Notes under the pieces: generated by a model | What the model was told of the DNA's origin: nothing | The model's input: only the letters and a program-made list of their open reading frames with translations | The model's database searches: none | NCBI GenBank assembly: GCA_965226585.1 | Contig: OZ245366.1 | Location: forward strand, 1,312,001-1,376,000 | Source: Thermodesulfobacteriota bacterium | GTDB lineage: Bacteria > Desulfobacterota_D > UBA1144 > Nemesobacterales > Mycalebacteriaceae | DNA length: 64,000 nt | Direction of reading: 5' to 3' | Part shown: positions 57,873 through 64,000 of the stretch, piece by piece | How positions within the stretch are numbered: the stretch's first letter is position 1 | Layout of the letters: each line of letters opens with the position of its first letter | Made by a program: the position numbers and the translations under genes

Positions 57873-60800
57873 TCAAAAACTGTAATTAACCCCGCCTCTG
57901 AACTCTTGCACAAAAGTATCAAAACTCGCGCTCATTCCGCCATCGTAGTCAATCCTTACACTCAATTCACGCAAGGGAGCATAAGGCGTGTACTCAAAAC
58001 CCGCGCCGTAGTTGAACATTATCCTGTCCTGCCCGCCGCTTCGGGGAACATTACCGCCATCAAGGGTCGCCTCAAGTTCCGCCTCAGGGTTCAAGATGTG
58101 TATATCCGCCCCCACGCGAATTCTCATATTTACCGTCTCACTCAAAGGTGAACGCGCCTCAAATGAGGGGCTTACATATACCAGTATCTCACTTGTGTCT
58201 TTTACCTTGAAAGCATCAGCCCTTGCCTCAGGAGTGTTTGTTAAGGAAGTCTCATCAAACGCCCCCGCTGTTACATAAGACGCTCCAATCTCTATACGGG
58301 GAAACAACGCAAAACTCCCCGATAAAAACGGCATTGCCGCGCCAAGCGCGCCGCCGAATACTGTCGCGTTTGTATCCGCAGTGTATCTATTATCTCCCGC
58401 AGTGCGGGTTGACTCCCAACTTGTGGAAACATACTGAAACCTGCCGTCAACCATATATCTGTCAACTATTGTGGAGGCAAAAATGCCTCCCATAAATCTC
58501 GTTGCTTCTCCGCTTGCGTCTGCCCTGCCTTCATCGGTCATCACATCCATATCAAGGTTTGATATCTCATAACCGCCTGCCACCGAAACAAGAATGCTGT
58601 TAAACGGGGCTGATACTCCGCCGGTGAAGGTATAGACATCTTCATCATAGTTAATCGCTGAAGAATAACGTGTGTACCTTCCTCCCGATGTTGCCCATAC
58701 GCATCCAGTCCAGAAATCTCCGGCTATCTCATCACTTGCCGCAGAGCCGTAACCGCAACCGCTTGAAAGTTTTGTGGCAAAACTCCTGTCTGCGCGGTAA
58801 GCGGATTGTATGAGAGAATCATAAATATCCAGACTGGCGTCTTTCAGCGACATTGCCGTCAAAAACAGGTTGCCGTCTCCGTCTGTCTCAACACTCACTC
58901 TTTCACCCGCCGCCGCGCTCAGACGCTCTACAACTTCCTGCCTTTCTTCGCCTTCGGGCAGGTCGTCCGCTTCAAAAATTGTGTACTCGTTTATATGCGT
59001 TCCGGGAACATCAACCCTGACTCTAAAACCTTCAATATCTTCCGCAGTTATCTCGCCTTCAATATCTATGAGCGGTTTGTCATTCATTTCTTCAGGGTCT
59101 GCCGAGACAACAAGGGTTGAATTCGCGCCGAAAGTTATTTTGTCCAAGCCGTTAAAACCGCCCGCGCCGGCAAGAACTATTGTGCCTTCATTTATGAAAT
59201 GGTCATCGCCTTCGCCAAAGTTAATGGTTGCCCGTTCCGGCTCCCGTTCAGGCGTGGAAGAAAGACGGAAACGGCTGTCGCCGCTTGCTGACCCCTCCCC
59301 CGTCATTCCTGCCTCCCCCGTCATTCCTGCGGAAGCAGGAATCCAGTATTGATTAGCCAGTTGAATACTGGATTCCGTGTCAGGCACGGAATGACGGGAG
59401 GGCGCGGACGAATGACGGGAAGGGGAGGATGCGGAATGACGGGAGGGCGATGATTGCGCGCCTGAACTTGCCGGCGTAGGAGTAGTCGGTGTAGGCGTTA
59501 TCGTGTGCGTGTCATCGCCTGCTACTGTGCCGCCGTCCAAATTCACAAAAGTGTCATCACCGGCTCCCATGTCAAAATCTCCGGTGAGGGTGAAGGTTCC
59601 CCTGTTGTTCACTACGTCATCACCGGCTCCCATGCTGCCGCTTCCGGTGAATGAGCCGTTGTTTTCAAAAGTCTCCGCACGCCCGGAAGTCTGCAGAATT
59701 CCCGTTATGCTTCCCGCGTCCAAAGCAGTTCCCCCGGCGGTGGTTTCAGCCGCATGAGTTACAATCTTTATCACCCCTCCCGTACTGTCCGCCGCAATAT
59801 CGCCCGCCGCAATTGTTACCGCGTTTCCGGCGGTCGCGTTCACAACCGAACCCGCGCTCACATCAACCGTTACAGCTCCGGTGGTGGTGGAAACAGAAAT
59901 TGTATCGGCATCAGCCGCTACCGTGTGCGCGGCGGAAAACGGACGCATATAGACTTGCGCGTGTCCACTTGCGGTTGTCGCGATAATCGCCCTTCCACCC
60001 GCGCCGCCCGCTCTGACTGCGGCGCCGTCTCTTACATAGATAATGGATTGTCCCCCTCCGGTAACTCGCGCGTTAAGCCCGATTCCGCCCATGCCGTCTG
60101 CGGTTATCTCCCGCTTAATTCCCCCCGCATCATCCGCGCTTCCGTTACTCCATGCCGCGTTGATAATCGCGTGAGCATCCCGCGAGACGGCATCAACAAC
60201 CGTGCTTCCCACGCCGTTTGCGAATATGCTGTTTCCCGGACCCCCAAGCCAAATCTCTGAATTTTGCCTTAGTGAAACTGTTTCTATCACCTTACTGCCA
60301 TCGCCGTTTGCGAATATCGCGCCGTTTGCGTGAACAATCGTCTTCTGAGCGTCCGTGTTTGCAAAGACTGTTTTACTGCGGTCGCCGTCAGACCACACTT
60401 CCGCGCCTGACTCAACGACAAATGTCGTCGGTCTTCTGTTTCCCGACTGCATTCTTACAGTTGCGCTGTCCACGCCGTTTGTCCAGATTTTTGAGGTTCC
60501 CTCGGCACTGGCGCGCGCAGAGGCGTCTTTGGCGTGAACACGCAGACCTATGCTTGAATCCCCATGCGCGAACACCTGCGCGGAGCCTATAACCCGAACA
60601 TTCATATCTCCGTGCCTTTGGTTGATGTCGTGTCTGGCAAGGGGTCCCGGGTCGGAGGAAGCGAAAATGGCGTTACTGTTCCCCTCCGTTACTCCAACGC
60701 TTGCCGTGTCAGAGATTGTTATTATTGACGGGGCTTGGAGACCTATTGCCCTGATTGCCGTGCTTCCCGCGCCGTTTGCGCGCACTGTTGCCCTGCCGCG

Positions 60801-63290
60801 TATGTTGGCAATAACTCCATCCATGACATGTGGACTCACGGCTAACCCGCCCGCGTTAATGGCGTAACTGCCGTCTCCCACCGAAAAAATTTCTGCGTCA
60901 TCCTTGATGTCCAGAACCGTTTTTGTTGAACTCGCACCGCGTGTCGGGCTACTCGGGTTAAATCCCGCATTCGCTCTAATTGCGGTTGATGAATCGCCGT
61001 ATGAATACACTTTTGAGTGTCCGTTGATTATGATGGAAGGGGGTTTTTCAGCACCTTCCACCGATATCGCCGCGCTCCGGACGCCGCTGGAGTGGATTTG
61101 CGGGGAATCCCCACCTCTGCCGATATACATTCTAAGTGTTCCCTGAGTACCGCTTATAAAGTTGACCGCCGCGCTTCTGTCCCCTACTGAGAAAACTTCC
61201 ACGCTGTCATAAATTCTCAACTCCGCGGTTCCTGCCTGAGAGTTAATCCTAACCCCGCTTCCGTCCGCGCCGTTTGCCCACACTTTCGCGCTATCCATTA
61301 AGGTTATGAGTTGAAAGGTGGTGCCGCCTGAATCCATAAGCAGTCCTGTTCCCCCGCCGTTGGTGAAAACCCGGGAAGAGTCGAAAATACGAGCATTTAC
61401 CCACTTTGTTGATGTTCCGGCTCCGCGAACGCGCGCGGCATATCCACTGCCGAGTGTATAGACTTGCGAACTTCCTTGTATATCAAGGCGCGCCCTTGCT
61501 TTGCTGTAAATATCCAAGCCGTCTGTTCCCGCTCCGTCCGCCGTTACTTTTGCGGAGCCCTTCACATTGAACCAGATTTCCCCGTCGGTTGACCTTGTGT
61601 TGTCCACTAAAGCCGCAATTCCGCCGTCTCCGTTAGCGGAAAGCACCGATGAGCCGTCCAAGCTGACAACAATTTTGCCCTGTGACGGATTGATAAGAAG
61701 TCCGCGACCTCCGCTCCGTCCGCTTACTTCCGCGCTGCCGCTCATTTCAAATGTTTTTGTCCCGCCTGTGTCTTGACTCAAATCAACCGCGATTCCGCCG
61801 CCGTTTGCCGTTACCCGCGAGTCGCCTGAAACCACAACACGCCCCAATCCCCTGACTGCCGTGCCGGTCGCGCCTTGTGTCCACACCCGCGCCTTGCCTG
61901 AAATATCCACCCTTCCGGTTGTTGTTATCGCGTTGCTGTCTGCGCCGTTAGCCCATATTTTCGCGCCGCCTGAAACGGCTACTGTTCCAGTCGCCCTTAC
62001 GGTTGAAGCCTCATCTGCGGCTGTCCAAATCCCTCCCGTTTCGTCAAGTGTGATTGTTAAGGTTCCCGCAGTTTTGGCATTGATGGCGACACCGCCCCTG
62101 CCGTTGGCATAGATTACTGAACCGGTGTCTCCGGTGATGTTTATGTCGCCGTTTATTGATGTTGCATCAACACCTATCCCGGCTTGGTCAGCTATGGAAG
62201 TACTAATTCCGTAGGCTTCCGTATAGGCTGAATTCAGTTGACCTCTTCCCCTTCCCTCAATTAGCCCACTTGAGAGTGTAATATCAATATCTCCGTCAAC
62301 CGTGTTTGCTATAACTCCGTTTCTGCCGACTATGGTGGATACACCGTTCAACAAATTTATCTCTATGCTTCCGGCACCTCCGGTAACCGCCGCCAAACCG
62401 TAGGAGTCTCCCACGGATGAAGCCACGATTTCCGCCTGATCCGTCAGGTTGACCGTTATGTCGCCGCTTGCGCTTGTGGCTGTCGCGGCTTTGGTGTCAG
62501 ACGCCAAATCCCGCATTCCGCCCACATAAGAATAGATTCCCGAATAGATGCCCAAAAACGAAAGTTCAATGTCTCCGGCTTGCGTCTCCATCTCAATGCC
62601 TTTTGTCTCGCCCGCCACTCTAAAGTCGTAGTCATAAATCTCAACCTTCTCTACTTCAATCACTGTGCCGGTCAAAATATTATAAGGAACTTGCACGCCG
62701 TCTCTGATTGTAGAATGCTCATATATGGGTATAGGCAGTATGTCAGCCGCATCCGGCAGTGGGTACACCTCAATTCTGCTTTTTCCGCTGAACTCCGCCA
62801 CCGCTTTCCCGCTCTGGCTTGATATGTAAATGCCGTTGCCGGTGCCAACTCCGTCAATGTTAATAACTGAACCGTTGTGAATCCCCACCACCGCGTCTCC
62901 GGTGCCGGCTTTTACAACGGCAACGGTGCCTCTTCTTCCGTCTTTGTCTGCGCGCGCCGCGCCGTCAAGTATAAAGGTCGCGCCCCGCGCACCGCCAACA
63001 TCTATGGTGGAACCGCCGGTTGCGGTTGTTTTTATAACCGAGCCGGTTGCGGAAAAAGCGGCGTCCGCTCCCGCCGCTGTGGTGTTGACCGTAACGGCGG
63101 TTGCGTCTGTAACTTTAGTTGGTGAACCGTCTGTGATTGTTAATGTGGCATCTCCCGATGATTTGGTACAGGAAAGAGCGCCGCCCGCGGGCGTTACCGC
63201 GCCGCAGTCTGCCTGAGCATACGATTGATGGTGTGGTGTAAAAGCGAATAAAAGGGCGAGCAGAGAAAAGACTGTTAGTTGTTTGCGCAT
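57873..63290 (-). CDS. Autotransporter/adhesin 8 (1805 aa), barrel type A, with in-frame palindrome insertion
   Basis: Signal peptide (..SYA|Q), divergent passenger, C-terminus ...FRGGVNYSF. Confidence 0.87.
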   Translation of the reverse strand: MRKQLTVFSLLALLFAFTPHHQSYAQADCGAVTPAGGALSCTKSSGDATLTITDGSPTKVTDATAVTVNTTAAGADAAFSATGSVIKTTATGGSTIDVGGARGATFILDGAARADKDGRRGTVAVVKAGTGDAVVGIHNGSVINIDGVGTGNGIYISSQSGKAVAEFSGKSRIEVYPLPDAADILPIPIYEHSTIRDGVQVPYNILTGTVIEVEKVEIYDYDFRVAGETKGIEMETQAGDIELSFLGIYSGIYSYVGGMRDLASDTKAATATSASGDITVNLTDQAEIVASSVGDSYGLAAVTGGAGSIEINLLNGVSTIVGRNGVIANTVDGDIDITLSSGLIEGRGRGQLNSAYTEAYGISTSIADQAGIGVDATSINGDINITGDTGSVIYANGRGGVAINAKTAGTLTITLDETGGIWTAADEASTVRATGTVAVSGGAKIWANGADSNAITTTGRVDISGKARVWTQGATGTAVRGLGRVVVSGDSRVTANGGGIAVDLSQDTGGTKTFEMSGSAEVSGRSGGRGLLINPSQGKIVVSLDGSSVLSANGDGGIAALVDNTRSTDGEIWFNVKGSAKVTADGAGTDGLDIYSKARARLDIQGSSQVYTLGSGYAARVRGAGTSTKWVNARIFDSSRVFTNGGGTGLLMDSGGTTFQLITLMDSAKVWANGADGSGVRINSQAGTAELRIYDSVEVFSVGDRSAAVNFISGTQGTLRMYIGRGGDSPQIHSSGVRSAAISVEGAEKPPSIIINGHSKVYSYGDSSTAIRANAGFNPSSPTRGASSTKTVLDIKDDAEIFSVGDGSYAINAGGLAVSPHVMDGVIANIRGRATVRANGAGSTAIRAIGLQAPSIITISDTASVGVTEGNSNAIFASSDPGPLARHDINQRHGDMNVRVIGSAQVFAHGDSSIGLRVHAKDASARASAEGTSKIWTNGVDSATVRMQSGNRRPTTFVVESGAEVWSDGDRSKTVFANTDAQKTIVHANGAIFANGDGSKVIETVSLRQNSEIWLGGPGNSIFANGVGSTVVDAVSRDAHAIINAAWSNGSADDAGGIKREITADGMGGIGLNARVTGGGQSIIYVRDGAAVRAGGAGGRAIIATTASGHAQVYMRPFSAAHTVAADADTISVSTTTGAVTVDVSAGSVVNATAGNAVTIAAGDIAADSTGGVIKIVTHAAETTAGGTALDAGSITGILQTSGRAETFENNGSFTGSGSMGAGDDVVNNRGTFTLTGDFDMGAGDDTFVNLDGGTVAGDDTHTITPTPTTPTPASSGAQSSPSRHSASSPSRHSSAPSRHSVPDTESSIQLANQYWIPASAGMTGEAGMTGEGSASGDSRFRLSSTPEREPERATINFGEGDDHFINEGTIVLAGAGGFNGLDKITFGANSTLVVSADPEEMNDKPLIDIEGEITAEDIEGFRVRVDVPGTHINEYTIFEADDLPEGEERQEVVERLSAAAGERVSVETDGDGNLFLTAMSLKDASLDIYDSLIQSAYRADRSFATKLSSGCGYGSAASDEIAGDFWTGCVWATSGGRYTRYSSAINYDEDVYTFTGGVSAPFNSILVSVAGGYEISNLDMDVMTDEGRADASGEATRFMGGIFASTIVDRYMVDGRFQYVSTSWESTRTAGDNRYTADTNATVFGGALGAAMPFLSGSFALFPRIEIGASYVTAGAFDETSLTNTPEARADAFKVKDTSEILVYVSPSFEARSPLSETVNMRIRVGADIHILNPEAELEATLDGGNVPRSGGQDRIMFNYGAGFEYTPYAPLRELSVRIDYDGGMSASFDTFVQEFRGGVNYSF
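59301..59443. repeat. In-frame CGTC doublet (59319-59396) with stuttered ends inside autotransporter 8
   Basis: Encodes ...SRHSSAPSRHSVPDTESSIQLANQYWIPASAGMTGEAGMTG... Confidence 0.95.
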
Positions 63291-63359
63291 GGTTTATCTT
63301 GCGGGATTAAACTGTTTGGTTAGTTACGGCGGGAAATCTAAATGTAAATTGGCTTGTTT

Positions 63360-64000
63360 TCAACCAACCTTTTCTCCCGCCTCCACTTTCACCCCTCTGA
63401 GAAAATCCCCCGCAGGCATGGATTTTCTGCCTTCAAGTTGCAACTCCTCCACCTCAATCGCGCCTTCTCCGGCGGCAATAATCAGCCGGTCGCGGCAAAT
63501 GAGAACCTCTCCGGGCTTTCCGCTTCCGCCCGACAAAACGGCGCGCTTTATCTTTAGCATCTTTCCGCCCAAAACGGTGAACGCGCCGGGCCACGGAAAT
63601 GTTCCCCTTATCAAATTGCGTATCTCCTCAGGCGGTTTTGCCCAGTCTATCCTTCCGTCCTCTTTTTTCAGAACAGGGGCGTATGTCGCAAGCGAATCAT
63701 CTTGCGGCTCAGGGCGGGCGGTTCCGCTTTCCACGGATGAAAGAGTCTCAGCCATAAGCCGCGCCCCCTCTCCCGCAAGACGGCGCGCCAGTTGCTCAGA
63801 GTTTTCATCATCGCCAATCGCAACCTCTCTTTTCAGCAGAATATCGCCCGAATCCAGTTTGTCGTTTATCAGCATTGTTGTAACGCCGGTTTTCCTGTCG
63901 CCCGCCATCACGGCGCGGTTTATCGGAGACGCGCCCCGGTAGCGCGGAAGCAGAGAGGCGTGAAGGTTGATAAACCTTCCGGGCGCAGTCGCAAGAAGGT
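63360..64000 (-). CDS. fmt: Methionyl-tRNA formyltransferase, 5' part beyond window edge
   Basis: Reading upstream of the listed ORF gives FINLHASLLPRYRGASPINRAVMAGD, followed by LDSGDI, DGRIDW and PWPGA. Confidence 0.93.
   Translation of the reverse strand, partial: LLATAPGRFINLHASLLPRYRGASPINRAVMAGDRKTGVTTMLINDKLDSGDILLKREVAIGDDENSEQLARRLAGEGARLMAETLSSVESGTARPEPQDDSLATYAPVLKKEDGRIDWAKPPEEIRNLIRGTFPWPGAFTVLGGKMLKIKRAVLSGGSGKPGEVLICRDRLIIAAGEGAIEVEELQLEGRKSMPAGDFLRGVKVEAGEKVG

Noticed and set aside
6922..63216. Numerous plus-strand ORFs overlapping the autotransporters
   Set aside because: Antisense shadows of long repetitive genes with biased codon usage.

Overview
Bacterial chromosomal window. 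The left ~6.7 kb holds housekeeping genes: 3' part of rarA/mgsA, prfB with its programmed +1 frameshift, NAD kinase, a DUF1844-Mrp/ApbC-DUF59 Fe-S cluster, a small Zn-binding protein, and an AT-richer two-gene islet. From 6889 to 63290 (~56 kb) lie eight co-oriented (minus strand) giant type V autotransporter/adhesin genes (~1270-3220 aa). They have Trp-ladder repeat passengers and four barrel types, and are visibly mosaic. The window ends in the 3' part of fmt. A ~78-bp heterodimeric CGTC-tagged palindrome (arm A CGTCATTCCTGCG(G/A)AAGCAGGAATCCAGTATT + 13-15 bp spacer + inverted arm B AATACTGGATTCCGTGTCA(G/A)GCACGGAATGACG) occurs throughout: singly, in tandem arrays between the adhesin genes, and in frame inside three adhesins. 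The most notable observation is that in the middle of one array (5 units each side) a small GIY-YIG nuclease gene replaces the spacer between arm A and arm B. This suggests a candidate autonomous 'REPtron-like' element built on a GIY-YIG nuclease rather than a RAYT/HUH transposase, with the empty 78-bp units as non-autonomous derivatives. All functional assignments come from motif recognition by eye; no searches were run.
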